Counted from the first letter of the stretch, positions 50,850 through 64,000 are shown. The stretch is DNA of 64,000 nucleotides from Eledone cirrhosa (GCA_964016885.1 OZ024741.1:177196001-177260000); one strand, 5' to 3'. Notes: generated by a model from the letters alone, not told the origin. A program made the numbers and translations.

Positions 50850-51620
50850 AGATTGTAAATGAATTGATCAATCGTATCATTTACAATAGCCAGAAACTTT
50901 AGTTATGAAAAGTCACGTCACTGAATAGTGAGATAAGTATTGCTGTATTTTGTTTCAAAATTCGTTTAAAATAGAAGAGAGCCCATCTCTTTGTGTAACA
51001 CCCCCGGATGAACATCAGCAAAGAGTCTGTGAAATAGTGTTCATTGGTTTTGAAATCGGTGTGAACTTGCTATGATCAAGTGTCAAAAGAATTTTTAAAC
51101 AAATGTCGTAGAGTGTAACTTCCATTTAAAATGTACTTGAACGTAGTTTGAGTTCTCTCTATGTATCTTTCACGTGTTATATATAAAGGAAACAGATTAG
51201 TGCCGTCACAACTAAACACTTTGAATGTCTGCATTAAAACAAAATCAAAGGCACAAATAATAACCAAATTAAATATTTTTTTCGATAATTTATTGCTTCC
51301 CGTTATTCGTATGTGCATATACCTCCCCCTATATCGAGCATACTCATTCTTTGAAAATGTTTTCTCACATCCAACGTTATACAATATCATTGTTCAAATA
51401 TTCGCCTCTATATGAACAGCTACATGGTTTGTTAAAACATCATTTGTTGTTGAAAGCATTTGTATCACTAATTATTCGTCGCTTGTCTTCTGGTATAATG
51501 CTTCCGTTATTGAGTTATTACATCCGTAGTGCACATTTTTTTTTTCATTTGTTAAATCATTTGTTTTTGTTTGTCATCATTGATTGTTACACAGATGGCA
51601 GACATATGAGCTAATAGGAT
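50850..51620 (-). pseudogene. Possible MULE (Mutator) transposase relic
   Basis: KVFSCDGT (cf. 'DGTF') followed by VHTDF..MNTISQ (cf. 'DFExAxxNA'); heavily decayed. Confidence 0.4.
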
Positions 51621-52404
51621 TACAATATGAATCTGAATGACCATTCAAAATTACAAAGATGTACACTAAAACTAATCAGAACTTTTTTCAAGAAAATTAA
51701 AATTTTCCAAAGAAAGAAAAACAAAACAAAAGCAATATTGAAAAATGTTTTTTCCTACTATTAATGTTTTTGTGAGTAGACTCTTCTAACGGTTTTGTTT
51801 CTATTACTAATATATATTTTTAGCTCTTATATCTAATATCACTTTCTTAGCCACAAGTTTATGTAAATAAATATATTTTTAATACTTTTTTCCAGAACGG
51901 TATAGTTTCATGACTGATAATTCCTCTAGGATAAACAGATACTTCATAAATCATGTGTTGTACATAAATGTTGATTGTCTCGGCAGAGACAATAAAAAAA
52001 CCACATCTGTATATTATTGCTTTATTTAGATTCGGCAGCGAGCAGAATCTGTAGATTGCTGTAGTAACTAATTTGCTTTTTATCATAAACATTGTTCTAA
52101 TCCTGCCATGGCATTTGGCATTTGTTTTATGTAATGTCTATATCTATAAAATCACTTCTCATGTAATCACTAGAACTGGTCATTTATAGGAAATTAATAA
52201 TACGTGATTTGTAGTTTATACTATCGACCCCAGATAGATGAAAAACAATGATCATCACGTCGTGATTTCAAATCAAAATGTAAAGCGTAACTAAATATGA
52301 CCAATTAATTTGTTCTATGCTGTTTAACCTATTTCGACATTACGAAACCTCAGTATTTATATAATACGTACATTTTAAGATTCGAAACTAGTTTAATAAA
52401 CTAA

Positions 52405-52595
52405 TAATTGTTTCTACTTTTTGGCACAATGCCAGCAATTAACCAGTGCATTACTGGTACTCTATTTCATCGATCTCGTAAGGATGAAAGGCAAAGTTAA
52501 CCTCGGCGGGATTTGAATTCAGAATGGCAAGGGATGTAACCCTAAGCGTCAAAATATGGCGTCCGACCCTCTACCGATACTGCCAATCCACCGCT
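52405..52595 (-). mobile_element. tRNA-derived SINE, full length
   Basis: Reverse complement of the 37601/40353 family (gcggtggattggcagtatcggtagag..gaattcaaatccc..ctttgcctttcatcc). Confidence 0.85.
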
Positions 52596-53485
52596 TCAGA
52601 TTTGTAATATTCTCTTATCACACTAATAATGCCCATGTAACATCTTTAGTATTTTAGAAGTCTATATTTTGGTGTGTATGGTATCTATAATATCAGGAAC
52701 TTTAACAATCTTTGTTAACTTTCAAGAAGACAATTGGCAATTTTTCGAAACAGAATTCCCTTTAAGGGACTTGGTTACTCATCAATGAAGACGAAGCTGA
52801 ATTTCATCTTTCAGGTTATTTCTTTGCATCCCTATAGAAACCGGTGAAAGAAGCCCGTTCATCTTGCTTTACGTCACCAATATTATCTACACTAAAGAGA
52901 AGGGCTAATACAGCTTGAAACCAGAAACGTCACAGGTGAACTCAGAAGGAAATGTCCGAAGTAGATGCTGCAATGCATGATGTCTGATGCGATATCAGTC
53001 TCACCAAACTAAAGCCATTGTCTGGTAACGTTTTTGTCGGCTCTGAAGGTATGAACGGCAAAGATGTCTTCAGTGGGTTTTAAACTTAGTGTTTATAGAA
53101 TCGGAATAAAGACGGCAATATGTTTTAATCTCACCAGTTTGCCAAGTAACAACACTACTCTCTCTCCCTCATACATACACAGACACACGCACACACAGAC
53201 ACACACATGCACACACACACGCACACACACACACACATACACACACACACACACACACACATACACACACACGCACACGCACACACACATACACACACAC
53301 ACACACACACACAGAGTCGCTCTCTACTGCTTGATTGAACAATTCAAAGTCTCAGTTTTGTAATATTCTCTTATCACATTGTTTAAGGTTGAAACTTGGA
53401 CTAAGGTTAAGTACCTGCTAATTTTAAGCCTAGGAATTCAATTGTTCAGAAAACTGATTGCTCACCATCCTAACAAATGGAGTAT

Positions 53486-55650
53486 TCTTCTTCTTGGGCT
53501 TGCTGAACCATGCCGTGCTCATCCAGAGCCAGCGCTTCCCAAAGCATCGTCGTGCATAGGTACGCCAGATCCATCAGCGCGCCTCATCACTCGCGGGTCC
53601 GTGCCAACTTCACCGCATCCTCCAAGGTGATGTTGAGCCTACGGAGATCTTTTCCGATGATTTCCAGCCATTTGGTGTGGGCCCTGCCAAAGGGCGTCTT
53701 CCAGCCTGCAGCTTCTGCATCGAACCAGAGTAAGGCCTTGGTATGATTATCTGGTTGAATGCGGAAGACATGTTCGTGCCAGCACATGAAGCGGATCATA
53801 TGAGGTGAGGAGCTGTGGGCTGATGCTTGCCTGCACGCAATACTTTGTTGCAAACGTGGTGGTACCATCTGATGTGTTTGATGGTCTTCAGTGCACTGCT
53901 ATCGAAGGTGTCGATTCTCATTGTCAGGTTCTTAGTGAGGGTCTACCATTCTGCTTCATAGAGTAGAACGGAGAGGATTGGTGCATTGTAAATAAGGAGC
54001 TCGTCGGCTGGGAGATTGAGCAATTGCACTAAAAGACCTTTCATAGGGTGTACATGACCCCGGCAGCCAGCCCACATCTGCGGGTGATCTCTCGGGTCAG
54101 ATCCCCATTGCTAGTCGATCCCAGGTAAATGATGGAGCTAACAAAATCTGCGATGTCGGAGTTAATATGAAGTGGAGATAGATGAGGGCCATTGCCGACA
54201 TGCATTATCTCTGACTTCGCTAATCTCATCCGAAGATCAAGTTTTGCTGACTCCTATTGGTATATGGCCAGTGAGCTTTTCAGCTGATTGATCAAGATAC
54301 AGGATAGGTTGGTGTCGTCTGCTTACTCCAGTTCGGTTTGATGGTAATTGTCGAAAGGAACTACTGAAAATCGCTCCCAAAATTTGGTCATCAGACGACA
54401 CAGTTAAAGAGGTCAAGGGCAGCCATACAGCCCTCTCTAACCCCACTTCTGATGGGGGAACCAGTGGGAATCCTTCCCATTCACCCATATGCAGCTCTTG
54501 ATACTGCTATATATGTCCCTGTGTTTGAAGCAGGCGAGTTTGTTTCCAGAAGGGGGATAACGCCTATTTCCACTCATTTAGGAGCCACACTGACACTCAT
54601 ACATGGCTCATGATACGTGTAAGCCACTTGATCATGTTATCTCCGCCCACCTTCAACATATCCACGGTGATATTCCAAATTCCAGGGTCTTTGTGGCTTA
54701 TCAGCTTCTTCAGAGTGGCTCTGACTTAATCTGGAGTGACAGGAGTCATTGTCAGCAGCCAGGGCTGCAGTGATGTCTAGGCAGGGATGGATTGGGACTG
54801 GTGGGTGATGCAGAAGAAAGCTGATGTGCTCCTTCCATCGTTCGAGACGGGTGGTTTCAGTGATGATGACGTTGCCATTGGTAGGCTTCACCAGGTTTGT
54901 CTTGATCCGGTGCCTGGCATACGCTCGGCAGAGTTTGTTAAATACCTGGTTGAGGTCGTTATTCCTTGCCACTGTCTCCATGCGCTCGGCGTCTTCCGCC
55001 CAAAATTTGTCCCGGCCATCCATGAAGGCCTTGTTGCGTATCAGGTTGAGTCGGTGGTACCCATTCATGTTGCCGCACAGGTGAGCCTTGCGGCGTCACT
55101 TAATTATCTCCAGCATCCGCGGTGAAATCCCGGGCCGTTTGGGAAGAGGTTTTGAGTTTAACAGGAAGTCATGCGCAATTGGATAACGCTTGATTTAAAG
55201 AACTACCAGTTGTCGCCTCGTCCTCAACCAGGACGATGAAGGCATTGGCGATTGAGCATGCAAATGTTGAGGCGAGTTGGGCTAGCAGAGACAAAATAAG
55301 TGACGGGAAGGCTGTCACTTGTTGTCAGGTTTCGCTCCCAAATTCTTCCCCAATGTCGCAATCAGCAGCTGATGGTCTATATTGCAAAGTTGAGCTCCTC
55401 TGAAAACCCGACAGTTGGTGACGTCTGACCTCCAGCGGCGGGAGATGATAATGTGGTCGATTGCCTTCTGGGTATAACTGTCCGGACACTACCAAGTTCA
55501 GTGATGGATGAGCTTGCAAGGGAACCAGCTGTCGGCGATACAGTGGTTGTTGTAATGGCAGGGGAGCAGCAGACCATCAACTTTGATATTGGTGGATGTG
55601 TCGGTGAACGTAGTGCCAATGGGCTGAGTCTGTTAAAGCTGGTTGTAGAC
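53486..55650 (-). mobile_element. Internally deleted RTE LINE (APE + partial RT) with (GAA)n tail
   Basis: IADSWF..IHH*TW, KAIDHII, CRVFRGA..DHQLLIA, RLERWKEH, IYLGS, WKTPFGRAHTKWLEII; ttcttcttctt at 53485-53495. Confidence 0.85.
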
Positions 55651-56631
55651 GTCGTAGCAATATTTACCATTCAAAATTATCTAAACAACCCTACGTTTTT
55701 CATTACGTAGTTATATGACAAAAATTAGATTTGTCTGGTATGGATGGCTCCTTCTCTAATATTGCTCAAATAGTTTTATGTCACACCATCATTCACACCC
55801 CACCAGCAACATCGTGCCCACTCAAACCTTATCGCATATATTTACATTCAACTACATTCCATTACTCATTTTTATCTCGCTTTCATAAGAAGCTACAAGA
55901 CAATATCTCTCCTCGAAACTCTTTTCAGAGAGAGAATAAACACCAGTACCCCATGTCATACACTGAAAACGACGAATAGAAATTTCTGACTGGTCAATTT
56001 CTGTGAACTCACAATTTCCCTCGGTATTTCGAAATTAACATTAACCAAACACTTATTACAAGTATACTATCCAACAGTTATGTATAATAGAATGCTATAT
56101 AATATACAGATCTACATATATTTCGAATCTATTTCGCTACGGTACGTAATTCTTTAGTTGGCCTGGTCAATCAAAAGTTAAGTATGTTTCGTATGAATAG
56201 TGCAGTGGCATATATAGTATTAGTATATTAATTCATTTCAGTTCAATGCAATATAGCGATGAAATGCATGATTATTTTATGTACGAGTTATAATGTTGCA
56301 GTTCAACTTGCAAATACGATTAAAAGCAACAGACAAAATATGGCTAACGATGCACCATAAAAATGTATAAGTAAAACAAATATAACATATGATGATACAC
56401 ATATGATGATATACATATGGTAGTGTATAACAACATTGCAAACAACAAAACCAACAAAACTAGCAGCACCAGAAAATGGCAAATACATATATAGAATAAC
56501 TGCCACTTCTTATATAGGAGCGCTTGCGCACCTTCTACTTTCCAAGAAACCTCTAGTAAATTACCTCCGTTTAAAAAGTGGTGGGAAGTGTCTGCCCAAC
56601 GCCATACCCAGGTCTCTCTCTGCATATATAT

Positions 56632-58278
56632 ATATATGGAATAGAATGAAACGGAATTTCATTTCTCACTCTTAGTACGGCAGTTACTTAAATGTAAGTA
56701 TGTATGTATACGTACATACATATATGTATACAGACGTACAGTAGTATGTATATATATACGTACATGCACACATATATAGATGTACGTATCGGTTTACCGA
56801 ACATTTATTATAATGCTCGGTTTGTGATAATGTAGGATGTGAGAAGCCGCTGTTAGCAAATGCCGTGTTATAGTAGGGTGCCGCCCTGTCAAAGATAGCC
56901 TTATTAGAGGAGAGGTTTGAGATTCTGGTACTGATATTCTTAACGAAGTTTCTAAAAACAGTGGGAGGGTGGCATGAGTCCTTGTGAATGTAATTAAGTT
57001 ACTCGTTTAGCTTATGGAAGGGTCAGTGTGTGTGTGTGCGAAGGTTTAAATGAATGTCTAAGAAATCTATTTAGAGAGGTTGGTGCCTACTGTTATCCTA
57101 AGATCTAACTCATTGAAGGTAGAAGCTAAGTCTTTTTTAAACCGTTCGAAGTCGTTACCACTTTTATGACTCGATAAAGTCAGTCCATCGTCACGGTATA
57201 TTCCCGTGTGGAAGTCAGGGAATCTAACACGTAATATGTCTAAGATAAAAAGGCCAACCAAGTCACATACGTCAGCACTGTCAAACGATCCCATGGAGAC
57301 GTCGAACAGGTCTGAAGATGTAGACTTCTTTGCCCAGGCTACTCCGTCGTTGAAGAGAGGGTTTTCCGGCAGTGAGCGATGATTTCCCTATCTAAACCAT
57401 CGAGGGTGGTATAAGTGATAGCGAAGTCCAACGCTTTGTTTAACAGCGTCTCTGTTATATATTTTTATATATATATTTATACATATATATAAATGGAAAC
57501 GAATGAAACGAAATTTCATTTTTCACTCTTAGTACGGCTGATACTTAAATATAAGTATGTATACGTACATACATATAAGTATACGACGTACAGTAGTATG
57601 TATATATATATATACATACATGCACACATATATATATATGTACGTATGGGTTTACCGAACATTAATTATAATGTTCGGTTTGTTTGTAAACAACATCCTG
57701 AATTAAGCCGTACAAGGTGATTGAACTTTTGAAAGTATATACTTTCCTTATGCATATTAACGGCTGAGCAGCCTAATTTGCATATCGAGTGAGCTAGTCG
57801 GCCGGGCGTACCGAAAACGATAAATGGAAAAGAATGAAACGAAATTTCATTTCTCACTCTTAGTACGGCTGATACTTAAATATAAGTATGTATACGTACA
57901 TACATATATGTATATAGACGTACACCGGTATGGATATATATATATACATACATGCACACATTATTTTCCTTTTATCGTTTTCTGTACGCCTGGCCCACTA
58001 ACTCACTCGATATGTAAATTAGGCTGCTCAGCCGTTAATATGCATAAGGAAAGTATATACTTTCAAACGTTCAATCATCTGACAGGAAGGTATACGATGC
58101 TGACCATAGCTAATAAGCTTGAAACTAGTTCATCGTTCCTTTGTCAGTGTTGAAGAAAAGGGCAACGATGGTTGCCGAACACTGTACCGATACGCATATA
58201 TATATATATGTGTGCATGTATGTATTTATACACATACTACTGTAAGTCTGTATACATATATGTATGAACGTATACATA

Positions 58279-58292
<14 letters not shown>
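56632..58292. mobile_element. Rearranged Hydra-type PLE: RT relic (56825-57460, -) with tandem and inverted pLTR pieces
   Basis: MGSFDSADVCDLVGLFIL..GIYRDDGL. Direct repeats start at ~56635, ~57492 and ~57823; 57716-57830 is inverted at 57962-58080; 57550-57655 is inverted at 58185-58292. Confidence 0.82.
58094..58136 (+). ncRNA. Minimal type I hammerhead ribozyme (G8 changed to C)
   Basis: acgatg-CTGACCA-tAGCT-aata-AGCTt-GAAA-ctag-TT-catcgt; 6-bp stem I, palindromic ACTAGT stem III. Confidence 0.7.
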
Positions 58293-58326
<34 letters not shown>

Positions 58327-58689
58327 TATGTGTGTGTGTGTGTGTGTGTGAGTGTGTGTGTATAAGAGAGAGAGAGAGTGAGAATTAAGAGACAGACAGA
58401 GGGAGAGAGAGAGAAAGAGCAAGCGAGCGAGAGAGAGAGAGAGAGATTGAGGTAATATTAACAATACACGAGATTATGGATTGAATTATGTAAGATCTGT
58501 CCAGCACATGCATATACTCACGATACACGCATACGTCTAGCTATATAAACAGGATTAAATTACATTAAATTGTTTACTACTACGGTATACCCCTTTCCTG
58601 ATTCTTCATGGCATGATCAACACCGGATATTACATGAACGAACACATACTGATGAAGGGATTCCAGTTCCTTCATAATAGCTTGCTATA

Positions 58690-59812
58690 TATATATATTT
58701 GTTTTGCGAGTTTTGATATGAAATCGTGTGTTGAAACAAATATTGTTGTACTTGGGGAGTGTCATATTGTTGTAATAATATTGCCAGAATTAATAACAGA
58801 ACACGATCACTGTCTGGTTGGTTTTCGCTTCTGTATCTTTTATATCAGTTAAGTTATTCGGTCCTCAATGTTTACCACAGACTTACCAACGGTCAAAAAT
58901 ACAGATATCATGTAGACACAAACACATATATATATTCTCAAAGTTTTTCGTAGGCACATCTGCAACATCGTCAGTGGTGCTATTATATTTCCTCCTGTTG
59001 TATTGTATGTCTACGCCATATTTATTTAATCTGTATATTTACTTATTTATTTATTTTTGTCTTCTGCTCTGCGCATGCGTTTGCGTGTGTGTATAGTGTT
59101 TGATGTGTGTTTGCGTTTGGGTGACTGTGTTTTGGTTATTGTATTTTATCTTAGTTTACTAGTGTGTGTTGTTATTGTGCTTGTGTATATATTTATTTAT
59201 TTATTTATATTTCTGTTAGGTCAGTATTGTTTGTTTGGGTGTTGATGTTATTCCATTCATTTTTTTCTGTTTAGCTTTGGCCTTCTAAGTTCTATTTCAC
59301 TAACCTCTATGATTTGCCTATCTGCTGGGTCATTTCTATGTTTAGATATTATTTTAATTTCTATGTTGTCTATGTTACCGTCATGTTGTTGTCTGGCATG
59401 TTCATATAGTACTGAACCGTTTTTTCTTCCATTTAGTTCCCCCGAGTGTTGGTCTATCATTTCACCTAAGCTACGAGCTGTCTCGCCTATGTATGTTGTT
59501 CTCATGTTTCTGCAAGTACCTTCTGTACATGTTATGCTATAGACTACGTTACTAGTTTTACAGTTTATCCTGGGGTCTACTTTACATATAATACTTTTCC
59601 TAACTTTGTTAAACTATATATATGTGTTTGTGTCTATATTATATCTGTATTATTGACCGTTGGTCAGTCAATGACAAACATTGAGGACCGAATAAATTAA
59701 CTGATATAAAAGATACAGAAGCGAGAACCGACCAAACAGTGAACAGTGAGTGTGTTCTGTTATTAATTCTGGCAATCAATATTATTACAATAATATTACC
59801 CTAACCAAGTAT

Positions 59813-59820
<8 letters not shown>
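58690..59820 (-). mobile_element. Naiad-type PLE 3' fragment (GIY-YIG) with 3' pLTR and inverted 5' pLTR, in (TA)n
   Basis: NCKTSNVVYSITCTEGTC..YIGETARSLGE..HARQQH; 59620-59817 is an inverted copy of 58742-58930; degenerate hammerhead at ~58938-58977 (-). Confidence 0.88.
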
Positions 59821-59852
<32 letters not shown>

Positions 59853-59884
59853 AGATCAAAAGATGGTTAAAGGAGTTCCATGTA

Positions 59885-59951
59885 TTTTATTATGCGCATT
59901 TCAAAAACAAACATCATCATGCAATAATATTTGTGTTTTCATCAGATAAAA
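59885..59951 (-). ncRNA. Minimal type I hammerhead ribozyme, intact
   Basis: ttttat-CTGATGA-long stem II-GAAA-tgcgca-TA-ataaaa; palindromic stem III ATGCGCAT. The inverted twin at 63187-63253 has TTGATGA. Confidence 0.85.
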
Positions 59952-60962
59952 CAGGAGAACATGATATGAAGGCTAAAAAACACTTGTGGATAGTGCAGTT
60001 TTAAATCAACATATGATAAGTGGTTTTAGATTGATGTGTGATATTGGGAAAAATATTTTATTTAGAGAGGGGGGGAGGATGAAAAAGGGGAGGAGATGAG
60101 AGGGAGAGATGGGTGATAGAGAGAAAGAGATAGTTTTTATAACTGAGAGGAGATATATTGTTTTACATAGAGAGGTTGAAAACCGTTGGAAGATAATGTA
60201 TAAATTAAACAAATTTGAAAATTAACGAAAGGAGGATATGTGCGAGGAAAAAGTATTTTATTTAGGGAGGGGGGTGGAAAGGATGAAAAAAAGGGGGAGG
60301 AGATGAGAGTGAAGGTGGAGAGAGAGAGATGGGTGATAGAGAGAAAGAGATAGTTTTTATAACAGAGAGTTGTTTACATAGAGAGGTTGAGAACCGTTGG
60401 AAGATAATGTATAAATTAAAGGAATTTGAAAATTAACGAAGGGAATTTATGTATGAAGATAGAGAGAAGAAATAATAATCGTGGATGAATATTCTAACGT
60501 CAAAAAAGGGTATGTTGATAAGTATTGTGGCAGTTTCAAAATTAACGAAGAGAAAAATTATTAAGGTTTGTGTGTAGAAGGATTTGAGAAAAATAATGTG
60601 AAGTTAAAGTTTGTATATTGGAGGAATTGATAATATATGCGAATATAGAGTTTTTATGTATTAAGAATGAGTTCTTTGATGGGGAGAAAAAAATAATAAA
60701 TTAAGGATGAAATTGAGATTAAAAAGATTTATGATAGAGAGAAAAAAATAATGATTGCGGATGAATATTCTAACGTCAAAAAAAGAGATGTATATGTTAT
60801 GAAGGATTTTACAAGGTGAAGATAGAATGAGGGTAATGAGTAAACAAGTATTATAGAGTGTATAATTCCCTTTAAAGTATGGTAGGAAGATGGGTATATT
60901 TTAAAGAGGTGTATGTGTATGTGCCTTTGAGAAAAGATTCTAAATTGATTAAGAATTGAATA

Positions 60963-62750
60963 TTAACTGTATACTTTGTGAAAAGTTCTATGGAATGTAT
61001 GCAGGCAGATAGAAAACAAATCTGTACGTCTATTTATTATAGAATCTAGGTTAGAGATAATGGTAAATTTTTCATTTAGGCAGAGATTACAGATTTTAGA
61101 TAGAGAGCTGTTCAAGTATGAGGATGCAGAAGAAACCTTCTTCCAAAAGATGGTATATTTAATGTTTTTGTCTTTTAAGGACCATATGAGTTCTGAGAGA
61201 GCAGTGTTGGTTCTTTTAAGTTTGTATTTGAAAGATGAATGATGATTATAGAGACGAGTTTTAAAAGAGGTGGAAGTGGAGCCAAAATAGGTGAAGGAAT
61301 TGGTGCTAGTTATAATTTTACATTCATAAATTAAGTTTTTATCGAGACAATGGTTGTTGAGAGGACATTTATTTTTAATGCGGCAGTTGCAATTAGAGAG
61401 ATTATTAATGAGTGACCTAGTGTTATCTATAGAAGGAATTGGATTGGAGAAGTTGTTTGCGATAGGAATAATAGGAATAATAGTTTCTTGATTTAGAGTT
61501 GGATTATGAACATTTAGCGAAGTTGTGTTTGACGTTGTATTTGGGTTTACAGAAGTTAGCCTAGGGTTTACAATGACGTCGGGATTACTATTACTGTTAT
61601 TATGAAATTCAATGTTGGAAGGAAGAGATTTAGTATTTAGTATTTTATTGTTGTGTTTAGAGATGATGTTGGAAATATTGGAGGATGTGGAATAAGACAA
61701 TTTGATGGTGTGTTTGTTAAATATTTTACTATAGATATGTGAGGGAGGGAAGCATTTATTTAAGGCACTAAAAAATAGTTTAGGAATATTGTTATTAATA
61801 GAGATGGAGAAAGGAGTATTATACCAGATTATGTTTTTGTATCTAGGTCTTTTATTAAAGTTATTGGAATGATCATGATTAATTATTCTACTATAAGTTT
61901 TTCTAGAATTTGTTTCTTTACTATATTTGATTTTATCTGGATAGCCGGCTTTAGAAAGTGCGTTATTATAGTAATTGGCGTTAGCATCAAAGATGTTTTT
62001 ATTAGAGGATATGTTAGATATTCTTTTTCCAATATTACTAACTATAGCATTCTTGATATTGGTAGGATGGTTAGATTTAAAGTTAACATAATTTAGGTTT
62101 TCATTGTTTTTATGGTAAGGGTAATATAGGCCAGTGTCAAGATTAAGAGATACATCCAAAAAATTAGCTAGTTTGATACTATTATCAAATTCAATTTTTA
62201 GGTTATGTTGGTTAAAGAGATTACGTATATTGTTCTTAATAATATTAAGGTTAACTATATTGCAATTTAGGATAGTAAAGAGTCCATTGTTATGATAAAT
62301 TCCACCGCGAAGTTAAGGAATTTTCCGACTCAAAGAGTTCAAAATGAAGAGTTTAAATCAGTCAATTGGGATGAATCGGATGCTCCCATTGTGATGTCGA
62401 AGTTGTTAGAGGTATCGGCTCTGGTCCAATATTCGTTGTTGAACTCTAGGATGGTTTTACGTGCGGTGAGGATGATGTGAAGTTCATCTGTGGTGATGTC
62501 AGAATATTTAAGTACGAAAGATAGAGCATTATTGAGAAGTGAATGCGAAATGGAGGAATAGTAGCTGGCAATATCAAATTGAATAAATTTTAGTTTATTT
62601 TTATTATCCAATTTGTTGAACCAGCCAATCACCTCAGAAGTACCAAACCATAAATTTAGGTTCAAAGAAGAGCAATTAGAACTAACCTGTGGGATAATTC
62701 TATCCAAGATGGCTTTACTAACAACCCCCAGATCAGATTTAGATTAACAA
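60963..62750 (-). pseudogene. Hydra-type PLE RT + GIY-YIG endonuclease ORF (frameshift and stop near 62310-62360)
   Basis: FIQFDIASYYSSI, FDITMGASD, SNHP, IIWYNTPFS, IKLSYS; linker CxCx5Cx5C (CNCRIKNKCPLNNHC); LIY..YFGST..FKTRLYNH; CNLCLNEK; C-terminal SICLH. Confidence 0.92.
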
Positions 62751-63375
62751 TATATCTTTCTCTCTGTTATATAAACTATCTCTTTCTCTCTATCACCCAT
62801 CTCTCTCTCTCCACCTTCACTCTCATCTCCTCCCCCCTTTTTCATCCTTTCCACCCCCCCCCCCTCCCTAAATAAAATACTTTTTCCTCGCACGTATCCT
62901 CCTTTCGTTAATTTTCAAATTTTTTTAATTCATACATTATCTTCCAACGGTTTTCAACCTCTCTATGTAAAACAATATATCTCCTCTCAGTTATAAAAAC
63001 TATCTCTTTCTCTCTATCACCCATCTCTCCCTCTCATCTCCTCCCCTTTTTCATCCTTTCCACCCCCCCTCTCTAAATAAAATATGTTTCCCAATATCAC
63101 ACATCAATCTAAAACCACTTTTCATATGTTGATTTAAAACTGCACTATCCACAAGTGTTTTTTAGACTTCATATCATGTTCTCCTGTTTTATTTGATGAA
63201 AACACAAATATTATTGCATGATGATGTTTGTTTTTGAAATGCGCATAATAAAATACATGGAACTCCTTTAACCATCTTTTGATCTTATATTATGTATACT
63301 CCAGTCCTACAAACTGTAGAGTGCTCCTATCCAATATCTGCATTGCTTTATTGTACTACAATAAAACTCACCTCC

Positions 63376-63439
<64 letters not shown>

Positions 63440-63443
<4 letters not shown>

Positions 63444-63582
63444 CTATGGCAACATTGAGGACCGAATAAATTAGATTACCGATATAAAAGACACAGAAAC
63501 GAAAAGCGAAAACCAACCAAACAGTGAGTGTGTTCTATTATTAATTCTAGCAATATTACACAAATATGACCCTCCCCGATTA
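63440..63582 (+). mobile_element. Solo Naiad-type pLTR piece between (TA)n tracts
   Basis: Matches 59675-59815 and the reverse complement of 41635-41775. Confidence 0.75.
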
Positions 63583-63793
63583 TATATATATATATATATA
63601 CCAGACTACTCGGCGTCGATGACGCTACTTTTTTCCTAAAAGTCTCAAAAATCCACCATGCCTCCTGGAGGCTGAAGTTTATTTATTAATTTTTTGTTTT
63701 GGTGGGGGGGGGGTCAACATTAGCGTGCGTCCTCAAGGAGGAAGCGACTACGGCGCCTGGAAATATGGCATATATATATATATATATATATAT

Positions 63794-64000
63794 CAGCGCG
63801 ACTTATGTCGGACAGACGGGGCGTTGCCTGGCGGACCGATTCACCGAGCACCTCCGGGATATTCGTCTCGGGGGTAGTTCCCCCATCGCCCGCCACTTTG
63901 GTGGCCCTGGACATTCCGCACGCCATCTCACAGTCTGTGGCCTACTCCAGTGCCACGGAACACCCGCCAATCCCCTTACAGTCGAACAACGAACTATCTT
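63794..64000 (+). mobile_element. GC-rich Neptune-type PLE GIY-YIG fragment, running off the window
   Basis: Open frame not in the ORF track: SATYVGQTGRCLADRFTEHLRDIRLGGSSPIARHFGGPGHS..VCGLLQC..VEQRTI; starts right after (TA)n. Confidence 0.85.

Larger units (their letters stand above)
59846..63378 (-). mobile_element. 5'-truncated Hydra-clade PLE with ~530-bp inverted pLTRs and ~85-nt tail, in (TA)n
   Basis: 59846-60370 is the reverse complement of 62752-63294; tail at 63295-63378; ~200-bp internal tandem repeats in the pLTR. Confidence 0.92.

Noticed and set aside
52730-53090. Complex, non-repetitive-looking stretch as a host coding exon
   Set aside because: The frames I read on both strands hit stops within ~40 codons and show no recognisable motif.
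55453-55710. + strand ORF suggesting an inverted APE segment (twin priming)
   Set aside because: The minus strand reads continuously as APE (IADSWF..IHH*TW..KAIDH), so no inversion is needed.
58648-58680. CTGATGA followed by a hairpin as a hammerhead
   Set aside because: There is no GAAA, stem III or UH downstream.
63720-63926. 68-aa minus-strand ORF
   Set aside because: The real coding frame is the + strand GIY-YIG fragment, and this ORF crosses a (TA)n tract.

Overview
This is AT-rich, microsatellite-dense eukaryotic DNA. It is most likely a cephalopod such as Octopus, inferred from recurring tRNA-headed SINEs and the element mix; this is not proven. I recognise no host gene, RNA gene or CRISPR array, and the window is dominated by nested transposable elements. 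The main content is: (1) a full-length but mutated Tx1/L1-type LINE (15374-21363, +) lying tail-to-tail with a full-length R4/Dong element that has an uninterrupted 1130-aa RT+RLE ORF (21410-26262, -), both flanked by (ATT)n tracts; (2) more than a dozen Penelope-like element (PLE) pieces of Naiad-, Neptune- and Hydra-type, nearly all in (TA)n tracts, many with inverted pseudo-LTRs (pLTRs) and minimal type I hammerhead ribozymes, including ultra-short fold-back forms; (3) relics of RTE/BovB/RTE-X, CRE, Tx1, Helitron, Chapaev-like, MULE-like and P-like elements. The most interesting leads are short 5' motifs apparently shared between the unrelated Tx1 and Dong elements, hammerhead-bearing PLE fold-back mini-elements with ~85-nt tails, and tandem E2F/E-box modules in Neptune pLTRs. 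All calls were made by eye, and relic boundaries are approximate.
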